Both the position numbers and the translations under genes were made by a program. From Bdellovibrionales bacterium (GTDB lineage Bacteria; Bdellovibrionota; Bdellovibrionia; Bdellovibrionales; UBA1609): DNA of 60,361 nt. The notes under the pieces were generated by a model that was not told the DNA's origin, ran no database searches, and saw only the letters and a list, made by a program, of their open reading frames with translations. Positions 27,785 to 37,462 of this stretch are shown piece after piece. Position 1 is the stretch's first letter. Each line of letters begins with the position of its first letter. The stretch spans positions 1-60,361 of the forward strand of contig JBFWVI010000016.1 of assembly GCA_050246815.1 (NCBI GenBank), in the 5' to 3' direction.

Positions 27785-29442
27785 CAGATTGGTACTTTTA
27801 TTTAGACAAGGGTAAAACTAGCGGACCCTTTGGTAAAAATGAAATTGCGGCGGCGATCAGTCGCGGCCAGCTTGGCCCCTTTGACTTGATTTACCGCGAA
27901 GGCGAAGAAAAGTGGCTGCCGCTACATCAATTTCCCGACTTTAAACCGCTGTTTAAATCCCAGATTAAAGAGGAAATCGAAGAATCGTGGGTGGTTCTGG
28001 TTCGCCGCGACAATGAACGTGGCGTGAGTTATTTGCAGCGAGGCCCCTTTTCGACCGACAAAGTGAAAAAAATGCTGCTCGCGGGCGATATTCGCTATCG
28101 CGACTTTATTTGGCGTGAAGGGCAAGCGCAGTGGTCGCGCATTTCCACTTTGGAGCTATTTGCACCCCCGCCCGTGGAGTGGAAGCCTCTGCATGCTTTA
28201 CCGCAAGACGTGAAAGAGTCCGATGAGCGCAGCCGTGAGCAAATTCTCAAAGAGGTGGTGAGCAAACCGCCGGCGGTTCGTTCTCCTGTTCAGGAGGCGC
28301 CTCCCTTGGAGGCGGAGCCTGTGGATTTGGCGGATGCGCAGGCTGAGCCGCCACCGTCGAATACGCGAGGCGTGCCGCGCTCTAAAACCCATCCCACAAC
28401 CAAATCGCCACTGAATCGGCAAAAATACCAAGATCTGGCTCCGCTCATTTTTCAAATGCCCAAGGAACGTCGTATTTCTTTGCTTTTTATTTCTGCTGTT
28501 TTGGCAACAGTTGCCTTGGTGGGGTTTCTGATTGGGCATCGACACGAGATCGTGCAGTTCATTGACTCCAAAAGTGCCTCGTTCAATGAAGACAATGAGC
28601 CTTTGAGTAAAACTTTGGACAAAAAGAAAGCAGCTGTAAAACCGTCCGAACCTGAAAAGGTTGCGGCGCCAGCCGTCGCAGCGCCAGAACCCACGCCGGC
28701 ACCGGTGCCAGTTCCTGATTTGCCGCGAATCGAGCCCACGCGCCTCAGAGCACAGCTTCAGGATCCTGGCACAAGCAAGGCGGCCATCGTTTTTGACACC
28801 GATGGTTCACACCATTTTCCGATTCGGGTCACGGTCATTGGCCAGGCTGGCCTGGTGCTTGGCGCAGTCAGCGTCTATCGCGATGTAACCGTGCGTCGCC
28901 AAAGGGAGGCCCTAGCGCGTCTTGAGTTGGGCTCCTTGGATTTGGGGGAAGGACAATACTCACTGACGGCGCAGATGAAAGAGATCAAGGGCGAATTGAA
29001 ATTTCGTGTGGGCCGTGACGACAAGGAGTTTAGAAGGCAAATGGATCGGCATCGCAAGCTGATTTCGCTGCCCTTTCAGCGGGAGCGGCGTCGCTTGATT
29101 AAGGCCAGCAAAGAGTTGTATGCCCTTGGCCTGAACTTTCGGCAGTTGAGTGGGGTCTCGGCGGCGGCTTGGCGAGAAGGATATAAACGTTGGAGCGAAA
29201 GTCTATCCAAGTGGTCGTATAGCCAGCTGGATGGTCTGAATGTGAACAATCCGAAATCCTTGGTTTTTCCACGATCGTGGCAGGATTTGGTTGAAGCTCA
29301 TAGCGAGCTCAAGCAGCTCGGACGCGAAGTTGACAAGCGTCGACGCGATGGCGCCAGCCCCGATAGTGAGGCTTTAAAAAAAATCGTTGAACGACTTCGC
29401 CAACAAGCTGATCGAGCGCAAGATCTTTCTTTGTACCGCTAA
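27781..29442 (+). CDS. Tandem GYF_2 (DUF4339) domain membrane protein
   Basis: Two W.....GPF......G......(Y/W)REG...W domains, Pro-rich linker, one TM helix, periplasmic domain. ATG 27781 overlaps the upstream stop. Confidence 0.8.
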   Translation: MTDWYFYLDKGKTSGPFGKNEIAAAISRGQLGPFDLIYREGEEKWLPLHQFPDFKPLFKSQIKEEIEESWVVLVRRDNERGVSYLQRGPFSTDKVKKMLLAGDIRYRDFIWREGQAQWSRISTLELFAPPPVEWKPLHALPQDVKESDERSREQILKEVVSKPPAVRSPVQEAPPLEAEPVDLADAQAEPPPSNTRGVPRSKTHPTTKSPLNRQKYQDLAPLIFQMPKERRISLLFISAVLATVALVGFLIGHRHEIVQFIDSKSASFNEDNEPLSKTLDKKKAAVKPSEPEKVAAPAVAAPEPTPAPVPVPDLPRIEPTRLRAQLQDPGTSKAAIVFDTDGSHHFPIRVTVIGQAGLVLGAVSVYRDVTVRRQREALARLELGSLDLGEGQYSLTAQMKEIKGELKFRVGRDDKEFRRQMDRHRKLISLPFQRERRRLIKASKELYALGLNFRQLSGVSAAAWREGYKRWSESLSKWSYSQLDGLNVNNPKSLVFPRSWQDLVEAHSELKQLGREVDKRRRDGASPDSEALKKIVERLRQQADRAQDLSLYR

Positions 29443-29452
29443 CTAGGAAAGA

Positions 29453-29728
29453 TTAATTGGTGACTAAGGTGCGGAATTCCTTGCCTGGGCGAAAGCGAGG
29501 CACTGCCGTGGCGGGAATTTGCACTTCGGTACCCGTTTTGGGATTGCGGCCTTTGCGGGCTTTGCGCTGCGAACGATCGAAAGTGCCGAAGCCGACTAAT
29601 TTGACGTCTTCGCCAGACGAAACCGACTGTTGGATGATGTCCAGAGCCACATTCAGAAACTGTTCCGATTGAGCTTTCGAAATATTGGCTTGTTTGGCTA
29701 AACGATCGATCAAATCCGCTTTGTTCAC
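29453..29728 (-). CDS. hup: DNA-binding protein HU
   Basis: MNKADLI, V.LVGFGTF, R.AR.GRNP.TG, VP.FRPGK. Confidence 0.95.
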   Translation of the reverse strand: MNKADLIDRLAKQANISKAQSEQFLNVALDIIQQSVSSGEDVKLVGFGTFDRSQRKARKGRNPKTGTEVQIPATAVPRFRPGKEFRTLVTN

Positions 29729-29865
29729 ACTTTGCCTCGTTCAAGAGATGAATTAAGTTGGGACGGTAGAGATACAGTTGGCCATGAGCGTTGGTCAAGA
29801 GGCAGATCGATGCTCTCGTAAATTTAGATTCAAAAAACATGGTTTTGTTGCTAGTTTAAAAAATC

Positions 29866-31569
29866 ATGTTGACAGAACTTAAAGCCAAAGTCGGCACGGC
29901 CTTGCAGGGGGCTGGCCACGATTCAAAAGCACTCCTGCCGCTACTTGAGGCCCCAAAGCGCCCGGGACAAGGGCATTTGGCGTTGCCGATTTTTGCACTT
30001 GCAAAGAGTCAGGGGCAACCACCGCCGCTGTTTGCGGCAAATTTGGCAAAAACTTTAAACGATAAAAACACAGATATGGATTTGGCTAAAGTTGAAGCCA
30101 TCCAAGGTTTTGTTAACTTTCATTTTACGCCGCGCTTTGTACAAAACATTTTGATGAAGGCTGTCCATGGCGCGGCCCCTTTAGGAAGTTCTGTGCGTGG
30201 CCAGGGCAAGACTATGGTGATTGATTTTTCTTCACCCAACGTCGCGAAACCGATGCATGTGGGGCATCTGCGCGCCACCGTCATCGGCCAGGCCATTGTC
30301 AATTTGGCGCAAAGTCAGGGCTACAAGGTGGTTGGGCTTAACCACTTGGGTGATTGGGGAGTTCAGTTTGGCAACTTGGCCTGGGCGTACCAAAATTGGG
30401 GCAAAGAATACCCTTTTGATGAAAAACCATTTGAATCACTTTATCAATTGTATGTGCGGTTTCATCAGGCTGCAGAAACAGATTCTGCTTTGGCCAAAGT
30501 GGGTGCGGAAACTTTTCGTCGGCTTGAAGATGGTGATCCTCAGATAACCAAGATTTGGCGCATGGTCGTCGACATTTCGCTGAAAGAGTACGCGCGTCTT
30601 TGGAAAATGCTTGGAGTGAAACACGATTTAGTACGTGGGGAATCCTTTTACAATGATCGGCTGAAGGGTGTCGAGCAATTGCTGGAAAAGAAGGGGCTCT
30701 TAGTTGAGAGCGATGGCGCAATGGTGGTGCGCTTGGATGATGAGGGCATGGCGCCCTGCCTAATTCGCAAAACCGATGGCGCTTCGCTTTATGCCACCCG
30801 TGATTTGGCTTCTGCGATTTATCGGCATGATGAATTGAGGGCGGATCTTAATTTGTATGTGGTTGGGGCTGAGCAGACCTTGCATTTTCGCCAAGTGTTC
30901 AGCGTTTTAAAACGTTTGGGCTACAATTGGGCCGATGGTTGTCATCATATTAGCTTCGGCATGTACCGGTTCAAAGACATCGGTAAAATGTCTTCGCGTT
31001 CTGGCAATGTGATCTTTTTGGAAGATGTTTTAAGCAAAGCAGTGGATATGGTCCGCGAAGTGATCGCACAAAAAAATCCTGACCTGCCCAATCGTGATTT
31101 AATTGCCGAACAGGTGGGTGTCGGGGCGGTCATTTTTAATGACTTAATGAATGATCGAGTTAAAAACGTCGAGTTTGACTGGGCCAAAATTTTAGATTTC
31201 GAAGGTGATAGCGGCCCCTATGTTCAATACTGCTATGTTCGTTGTAACAGCGTGATTAAAAAAGCAGGCCGGACGACTGCCCACGCCATGAGCGCCGAAT
31301 TGACCAGTCTTGAAGAGCAGGAACTGATTCGTCATCTTTTGAATTTCCCCCATGTGGTGGCCACGGCATTTGATCATTTCAAGCCTCATGTGGTGGCCAC
31401 GTATCTTTTGGACATTTGTCGTTTGTTCGGCCAGTTCTATACCAAACATCGCATTTTGGGTGAGCCGGAGGATGTCTTGAATTCGCGTCTGGCCTTGGTG
31501 GAGGCAGTGCAAAAGACCATCCGCCGTGGTTTGGAAATTTTGAACATCCAAGCGCCCGAAGCGATGTGA
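29866..31569 (+). CDS. argS: Arginine--tRNA ligase
   Basis: DFSSPN.AKPMHVGHLR, NHLGDWG.QFG, KMSSR.G, EGDSGPY.QY, DALR domain ending PEAM. Confidence 0.97.
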   Translation: MLTELKAKVGTALQGAGHDSKALLPLLEAPKRPGQGHLALPIFALAKSQGQPPPLFAANLAKTLNDKNTDMDLAKVEAIQGFVNFHFTPRFVQNILMKAVHGAAPLGSSVRGQGKTMVIDFSSPNVAKPMHVGHLRATVIGQAIVNLAQSQGYKVVGLNHLGDWGVQFGNLAWAYQNWGKEYPFDEKPFESLYQLYVRFHQAAETDSALAKVGAETFRRLEDGDPQITKIWRMVVDISLKEYARLWKMLGVKHDLVRGESFYNDRLKGVEQLLEKKGLLVESDGAMVVRLDDEGMAPCLIRKTDGASLYATRDLASAIYRHDELRADLNLYVVGAEQTLHFRQVFSVLKRLGYNWADGCHHISFGMYRFKDIGKMSSRSGNVIFLEDVLSKAVDMVREVIAQKNPDLPNRDLIAEQVGVGAVIFNDLMNDRVKNVEFDWAKILDFEGDSGPYVQYCYVRCNSVIKKAGRTTAHAMSAELTSLEEQELIRHLLNFPHVVATAFDHFKPHVVATYLLDICRLFGQFYTKHRILGEPEDVLNSRLALVEAVQKTIRRGLEILNIQAPEAM

Positions 31570-31639
31570 TCATAGACCAGTCCTAGGTCGGGCCTGGTTT
31601 GCGCTCTTGTTCCAATCTGAGACAAGACACTTCGCTCCT

Positions 31640-31666
31640 CAATATAGTCCGAAAAAATGCCGATTT
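31640..31666 (+). promoter_or_regulatory. Sigma28-type promoter
   Basis: CAAT-N15-GCCGATTT, 10 nt upstream of ATG 31677. Confidence 0.45.
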
Positions 31667-31676
31667 ATTCAAAGAG

Positions 31677-32363
31677 ATGATACGCCCAATTTTCGCATTC
31701 TTTGCCTTAGCTTTGAGTTTTTTCTACGTGCAAGCCTACTGGGTGGTGCGCGAGCGTTATAATCAAACTCCAGAATTGGCGATTGAGATTGAACATTTAA
31801 AAGAGCAATTGGGACGCGAGCAATTTCGCCGAGTGCTGCAAGCTGAACAATCCGAAAGTTTCAGGCAAGAAGTGGCTGCGGCGTTGCCCGTGACTTTGAG
31901 GCCTATCGCAGAAAAAGCCAAAGACTATCCGCTGCGTAACTTGGCATCGGTTACCCGCAGTGGCAACAAAGAGAGTCTGCAGGTGGTGGTGGCAAGCACC
32001 GTATTTGAAACAGGCAAGGCGCTGTTTCGCAAAGGTGAATATCAGCGCGCCAATCGCATGTTTGACAAATTGATCAGCGAGTACGGCTATTCGAGCCAAG
32101 TTGTCGAAGCACACTTTCTAAAGGCCGAAGGCCAGTATTTGGCCGGGGACTTGGAGGGTGCCAATGAAACCATCAATAAGATGGTTGAGCTATTTCCTGA
32201 AAGTGAGTTGACCGGCTTTGCCCTGGTGCGTTTGGGGCAAATTTTTGAAAATCGTGAGCGCTACGACGAAGCCGTGCAAATTTATCGCACTGTTTTGAAG
32301 ACCTTCCCCTATCGCAATGTGGCCGCGGTCGCAGCCAAAAACTTACGTCACATGGAGCCTTAA
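31677..32363 (+). CDS. Membrane-anchored coiled-coil plus TPR protein (CpoB/BamD-like TPRs)
   Basis: N-terminal TM helix; C-terminal TPRs (GEY..A...F..LI..Y, FPES....AL..LG, A...Y..V...FP). Confidence 0.8.
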   Translation: MIRPIFAFFALALSFFYVQAYWVVRERYNQTPELAIEIEHLKEQLGREQFRRVLQAEQSESFRQEVAAALPVTLRPIAEKAKDYPLRNLASVTRSGNKESLQVVVASTVFETGKALFRKGEYQRANRMFDKLISEYGYSSQVVEAHFLKAEGQYLAGDLEGANETINKMVELFPESELTGFALVRLGQIFENRERYDEAVQIYRTVLKTFPYRNVAAVAAKNLRHMEP

Positions 32364-33161
32364 ATGAAATTTTTAAGGCGGGGACTTGCACTCTACTTGG
32401 TCTTCACGGTTGAGGTGCAGATTCACGCTTCGGCAGCGGACCATGGTGCCCCGCATGCCAAAGCGATTCCAGCAGGAGAGGCTTGGTTGAGTGAGCCGGC
32501 ACAATGTATGCCTGGACAGGCAGATTGCGCGATCTTAGCAAAGCGGAAAAAACTGGCGTTGACATGGAATGGGCAAGACATCGCTTTGACTCGTGATACG
32601 GCGCTATGGTGGACCACTGCGGACAGCGTTCGACTTGTGAAAGGTGAGCTCAGTGCCAAATTGAATGGTCAAAGTCAGGTGACTTTTCCCAACGGGATCA
32701 TCAGCGGCATCGGTTTAGTTTTGATCGAACGACGCGCCTTGGATATTCGTATTGTGACTCTTGAAGGGGAATTGTTGATTCGCCCCGCCGGAGCGAACCA
32801 GTCGGTGATTTTGCCGGCCGGGTATTCGATGACTTTGGGTCCTATTCAAGAAAATGGTCAGGCGGCCGCAGAAATTCCGCAGACCGCAAACCCATCGGCA
32901 ACCTTGAAGTTGTGGTGGCGTTTGTTCGATGGCGAAAAAGCGCAGTTTATGAAGCAGGCTAAAACCTTTGTTGCAGCGGCCAGCGAGCGAGCTGATCTGG
33001 CTGGTCACTGGCACCAGCAAATGGTCCAGCGTGAGCTGGCATCACAAGCCGAACGCGAGAAACTAGCGGCTGAACGAAGGGTCTTGGAGGCCAAGGAACA
33101 GGCTAAAATGAGGGCGCTTTTCCGTAAACTCAATTACATGGGCAGCGAGTTGCCGCAGTAG
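32364..33161 (+). CDS. Exported hypothetical protein with FecR-like beta domain
   Basis: Signal peptide; RLVKGE, V.TLEGE...I and V.LPAG motifs; directly abuts the TPR gene. Confidence 0.6.
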   Translation: MKFLRRGLALYLVFTVEVQIHASAADHGAPHAKAIPAGEAWLSEPAQCMPGQADCAILAKRKKLALTWNGQDIALTRDTALWWTTADSVRLVKGELSAKLNGQSQVTFPNGIISGIGLVLIERRALDIRIVTLEGELLIRPAGANQSVILPAGYSMTLGPIQENGQAAAEIPQTANPSATLKLWWRLFDGEKAQFMKQAKTFVAAASERADLAGHWHQQMVQRELASQAEREKLAAERRVLEAKEQAKMRALFRKLNYMGSELPQ

Positions 33162-33270
33162 CTCGACCTAAGATCAGAGTTCTTTCAAATCCATTTGATC
33201 CAGACCTCAAGCCGCAATGCGGCCGTGCTATCATATTGATAAGCCAATGGCTGCTCATGGAGGAGTGCCT

Positions 33271-34941
33271 ATGTCAACGATCAACGGATCCGACAACTCA
33301 TCAGCCCGTCAAGACGAAATAATTCGCCGCAATCGCGAAGAGGCCCGTCAAAACGAAAGTGAAATCATCAAGAAGCATCAAAAAGAGATCACGCGATTAA
33401 CTGAACAACATAGTCAAGAGGTTGAACGGCTTCAGCAGAACCACCAGAAGCAGATGAGCGAACTCAAACGGCAGAGCCAAGATGGAATTTCGCGCCGTGA
33501 TCACAAATATCAGCAAGAGATCGAAGGGCTTAGAGGTCTGCATCGCAAACAGATGCAAGACACGGCCAACAATGCCAGTCGCAATGTGGACTTGAACCGC
33601 AAAACGGCCAGCACTGAAGTGCAGCAAGCTCAAATTCGCAATGACGAGCGCGTGCAGGATTTAAATGAAAGCTATCGGCGCTCATTGGATGAACTTTCTG
33701 CTTCGCATGCCAGAACTTTGGGTGAGATGCGCGAGCGCCAGCAAGAAGCAGTTCAAAACTATCGCGAAAACCTCAATAAAAAACATCAGGGCGAATTAGA
33801 AGCACTGGGGAAAAACCGACAAAAGGAAGTGCAAGAAAGCGAGCGCCAGCATCGCAGCTATCGGACCTCGACTGAAGCGCGTTTGCGCAATCAAGAGTTG
33901 GCGCATATGCAAGATCAGCAAAAAGCCAGCGACAACCTTTTGGCCACTGTTCGCAGTGAACGTCAAAATCAGACGCAGAATGAAGCCATGCTGCGCGAAG
34001 GTTTCAAAGAGGGCTTAAATCAGACACGTGAACGCTTTGAAAAGAAAATGGAGCAAGAGCGTGATGCGGCAGAAACCGCGGGCCGCGGCACGCGCAAGGA
34101 CGTGTATGAGCGCATCAATGGACAAATGCGCCGTTTGGAGCAAGCCAATCGTGAATTGAAAGAAGTGAATGTTCGCGATCAGCTTCAGCGTAAGCGTGAA
34201 GCTGAACGACAGGTCGACAATGTGAAAGAAGCCTATCAAAACAATGTTGAAATCGCCATGCGAGAGCGAAACGAAACCATCCGCGACAGCAATGACAACA
34301 CCGCTAAGCAGATCAATCAGCAGCAGAAGAAAAATGAACACTTGATGGTGAATCTGAATCGCAACTATTTGCATCAGCTTGACACTCAAGAGATGCGTCA
34401 TCGCGGCGACATTGACATGATCGAGAGCGACTTTAAAGCGCGCTCAGACCAAACCAAACACACCACCGATCAGCGCGTGCGCCACATCGTGGATCAAACC
34501 GAAAGCGAAAAACTGAGATTAAGCGAACTGCATGATGCCAATCGTCAGGTGTTGGCCAAGAATCAGCGGGACGAAGCCAACGAGCTAAGGGCCTTTCATC
34601 AGCGAGACAAATTAGAGGCCGTCGAGCGGATAAAAGACGCGATGCGAAAGCAAGAGATTCAGCATCAAGAAAAAATGACCACGTTGTCGTCAAAGTATGA
34701 AAAAGAAATCGCACGGTTAAACGACGAGATGGCACGTACCAAACGAAGTCATGATGAAGACATGAAGCGCATAACCGCACAGTTTCAGCGTCAGCACCAA
34801 ACAGAATTGGACGCGCAGCAGATTCAATTTCAAGAAAAGCTACGCAAAACTCAAACACAGCACAGCGAAGAAATGCGGACGACTAATCAACGCAACCAAG
34901 AGCGTTTTGATCAACTGCTGACAACGGTGAAGAAAGCGTAA
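33271..34941 (+). CDS. Long Q/E/R/H-rich coiled-coil protein
   Basis: GGAGGAG RBS before ATG 33271; no Pro, Trp or Cys in the mature sequence; continuous helical composition. Confidence 0.85.
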   Translation: MSTINGSDNSSARQDEIIRRNREEARQNESEIIKKHQKEITRLTEQHSQEVERLQQNHQKQMSELKRQSQDGISRRDHKYQQEIEGLRGLHRKQMQDTANNASRNVDLNRKTASTEVQQAQIRNDERVQDLNESYRRSLDELSASHARTLGEMRERQQEAVQNYRENLNKKHQGELEALGKNRQKEVQESERQHRSYRTSTEARLRNQELAHMQDQQKASDNLLATVRSERQNQTQNEAMLREGFKEGLNQTRERFEKKMEQERDAAETAGRGTRKDVYERINGQMRRLEQANRELKEVNVRDQLQRKREAERQVDNVKEAYQNNVEIAMRERNETIRDSNDNTAKQINQQQKKNEHLMVNLNRNYLHQLDTQEMRHRGDIDMIESDFKARSDQTKHTTDQRVRHIVDQTESEKLRLSELHDANRQVLAKNQRDEANELRAFHQRDKLEAVERIKDAMRKQEIQHQEKMTTLSSKYEKEIARLNDEMARTKRSHDEDMKRITAQFQRQHQTELDAQQIQFQEKLRKTQTQHSEEMRTTNQRNQERFDQLLTTVKKA

Positions 34942-34947
34942 GAAAAA

Positions 34948-36444
34948 ATGAAGCTTGCGGATCGACGGGTCAAGATTGTGGCCACGGTGGGCCCTAGTAT
35001 CAAAGCGCGTGAAAATCTAAAAAAAGCGATTGAAGCCGGCATGAGCGTGGCCCGTTTGAATTTTTCTCATGGTGAGCATAAGGACCATCTGCAGGTGATC
35101 GAGGATTTGCGGGAACTGTCTAAGGAGCTGCGCGCTCCGGTGGCGATATTGCAGGATCTGCAGGGGCCTAAAATTCGTGTCGGAAAATTTAAAAGTGGTT
35201 CAACTGAACTCAAGCCCGGGCAAATCGTCACTTTTTCGCCTGATCTTGAATTGGGCGAGGGGGATCAGATTCCCACCGACTTCAAAGAATTACCCGATGC
35301 CGTTCAAGTGGGAACAAAAATTCTGCTCGACGATGGCTTAATGCAAGTGAAGGTCGTTGAAAAAAGCGGCAAACTTGTACGCGCGAAAGTACTTTACGGT
35401 GGAGTCTTAAAGGATCGAAAGGGAATGAACTTGCCTGGCGCGCAATTGCCGGTGGAGTGTTTGACAGAAAAAGACCTGATAGACCTTGAATTTGGTTTGA
35501 AGCAGGGCGTGGATTATGTTGCTTTGAGTTTCGTCAGAAAAGGCGATGACATCCGTCGCTTACGCGAAATTATTGAACAACGTCGTCCCGGCACTAAAAT
35601 CATCGCCAAAATCGAAATGCTGGAGGCCTTGGAAAATCTTGAAGAGATCATACGCTTAAGTGACGCGGTCATGGTGGCGCGTGGTGATCTAGCGGTCGAA
35701 GTGGGACAAAGCTTGTTGCCGGGTATTCAAAAGCGCATCATCAACATGTCTAACCTTTTGCACCGCCCGGTCATCACCGCGACGCAAATGCTCGACAGCA
35801 TGGTCGAAAACCCCAGACCCACCCGCGCCGAGATCACCGACGTGGCCAATGCGGTCATCGATGGTTCAGACGCGCTGATGCTGTCAGCTGAAAGTGCCAG
35901 CGGCCAATATCCATTCGATTGCATTCGCACCATGCATGAGATCATTTCGGAAGTTGAACGCACCACGGACCTTTATTACGATATCAATTTGGATGATTCC
36001 CGCCTTGAGGTTGCTGAATCCATAGCCGCCAGCGCCTGCGTCACCGCGCTTAAAATCGAAGCTGCTGCAATCGTTTGTTTGACGACCACAGGAAAAACAG
36101 CTGGATTAATTTCACATTATCGACCCAAAGCTAAAATTTTCGCTATTACTTCAAGCTACGAAGCTTTAAATCGGCTTGAGCTGATCTGGGGATTGCAGAC
36201 CTTCGCGATTAAGCCGTACCAATCTTCCGAAGATGCAATCTCGCAGGTGGAAGAAATTTTACTCCACTACGACATGATCAAAACCGGCGACCGTATTGTG
36301 GTCACCATGGGCGCTCCCGTCAGTGAACGAGCAAAAACCAACACTTTGCGTGTGGTGCAGGTCAATCGCAGCAAATCCATCAGCCCAGGCGCAGACATGC
36401 CGATCCGTTGCCGCGAAATCCGTGCCCATCATGACGAAGATTAA
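34948..36444 (+). CDS. pyk: Pyruvate kinase
   Basis: KIVAT.GP, ARLNFSHG, DLQGPKIR, IAKIE, MVARGDL, ATQMLDSM, PTRAE.TDVANA. Confidence 0.98.
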   Translation: MKLADRRVKIVATVGPSIKARENLKKAIEAGMSVARLNFSHGEHKDHLQVIEDLRELSKELRAPVAILQDLQGPKIRVGKFKSGSTELKPGQIVTFSPDLELGEGDQIPTDFKELPDAVQVGTKILLDDGLMQVKVVEKSGKLVRAKVLYGGVLKDRKGMNLPGAQLPVECLTEKDLIDLEFGLKQGVDYVALSFVRKGDDIRRLREIIEQRRPGTKIIAKIEMLEALENLEEIIRLSDAVMVARGDLAVEVGQSLLPGIQKRIINMSNLLHRPVITATQMLDSMVENPRPTRAEITDVANAVIDGSDALMLSAESASGQYPFDCIRTMHEIISEVERTTDLYYDINLDDSRLEVAESIAASACVTALKIEAAAIVCLTTTGKTAGLISHYRPKAKIFAITSSYEALNRLELIWGLQTFAIKPYQSSEDAISQVEEILLHYDMIKTGDRIVVTMGAPVSERAKTNTLRVVQVNRSKSISPGADMPIRCREIRAHHDED

Positions 36445-36450
36445 ACTGTA

Positions 36451-37443
36451 TTAACGGCGGCCCGGAATTTTACGTAAAGTGAAAACCAGTTCCCAAAAGG
36501 GGATGGCGTTGGCCACGTCTTCAAGTTTGAAGCTCATGGTCAAGATGCCGCCTTGGCCCGATTGCTTTTCGTCAGTTAAACCCTTGGCGGCAAGGGGATC
36601 TGCGTCCGCAACACTGAAGAGTGCGCCCAAGTCCTTCATCGAATTGTTTTGCATGTCGGTTAGGCTGACTGTGACTTTGCCGGTTTTTTCATTGGGCGTG
36701 ACCTTTTGCCCGTAAAACGCCAAAGCACGTAGCGCGGGCATTTCTTTTTCTTCAATGGTCACCCGCTTGCTTTCCTCGGTGAACAGGTATTTGTTGTACC
36801 AGTCGGTGAAGTCGGTCAAAAGCTTATGATTTAAGATGGTGATTTTCTTTTTTCCCTCACCCAATTCTTCGACCTTCATGATTTTCATCGCTTGCAGAAC
36901 TTCCATCAACTTGTCGAGCTTATTGGTCGGCTGCTGGAAGATTTGGATGCAATAATTGCGCAGCAGATGAAACGGGATGACCAAACCCTCTTCGCTTTTT
37001 TCACCAGCTTTGAAGCCAATCAAGCTAATGATGGCGCACAAGCGGGTGATTAAAAAGGGTGGAAACATCTCTTCTGATTCAGTGTTGGCCGATTCTAAAT
37101 TTTTGATTCGCGTGTTCGCTTCGCGCAAATGTGAGTTGACGGTTTTCACCATCGCCTTTAACCATTCAGGGAAGGTTTTAAACTGTGCGTGCAGGGCAGC
37201 GAAAGGTAATGCAATCACTTCGGCATCCGCGATCGCTTTGGCGCCGGCAGAGCGGGGCTTGTTGTCGAAGAAGGCCATCTCGCCCAGCATCTCGCCAGGC
37301 TTGAGTTCGGCCAAAATGATTTCTCCAGAACCTTTGGCTTTGGTTATGGCAATGCGTCCAGCTTTGATGACGTACATCGCGTCAGAAGGATCGCCTTCAC
37401 GAAATAAAACATCGTTTTTAGAGAGCTTTTTTACGCCGGACAA
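36451..37443 (-). CDS. Cyclic-nucleotide-binding (Crp/Fnr-like) protein
   Basis: LFREGD....MYVI..G and GEM.GEMAFFD..PRSA.A.A phosphate-binding cassette; extended C-terminus. Confidence 0.88.
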   Translation of the reverse strand: MSGVKKLSKNDVLFREGDPSDAMYVIKAGRIAITKAKGSGEIILAELKPGEMLGEMAFFDNKPRSAGAKAIADAEVIALPFAALHAQFKTFPEWLKAMVKTVNSHLREANTRIKNLESANTESEEMFPPFLITRLCAIISLIGFKAGEKSEEGLVIPFHLLRNYCIQIFQQPTNKLDKLMEVLQAMKIMKVEELGEGKKKITILNHKLLTDFTDWYNKYLFTEESKRVTIEEKEMPALRALAFYGQKVTPNEKTGKVTVSLTDMQNNSMKDLGALFSVADADPLAAKGLTDEKQSGQGGILTMSFKLEDVANAIPFWELVFTLRKIPGRR

Positions 37444-37462
37444 CGCTGCCTCGTTTTTAATA

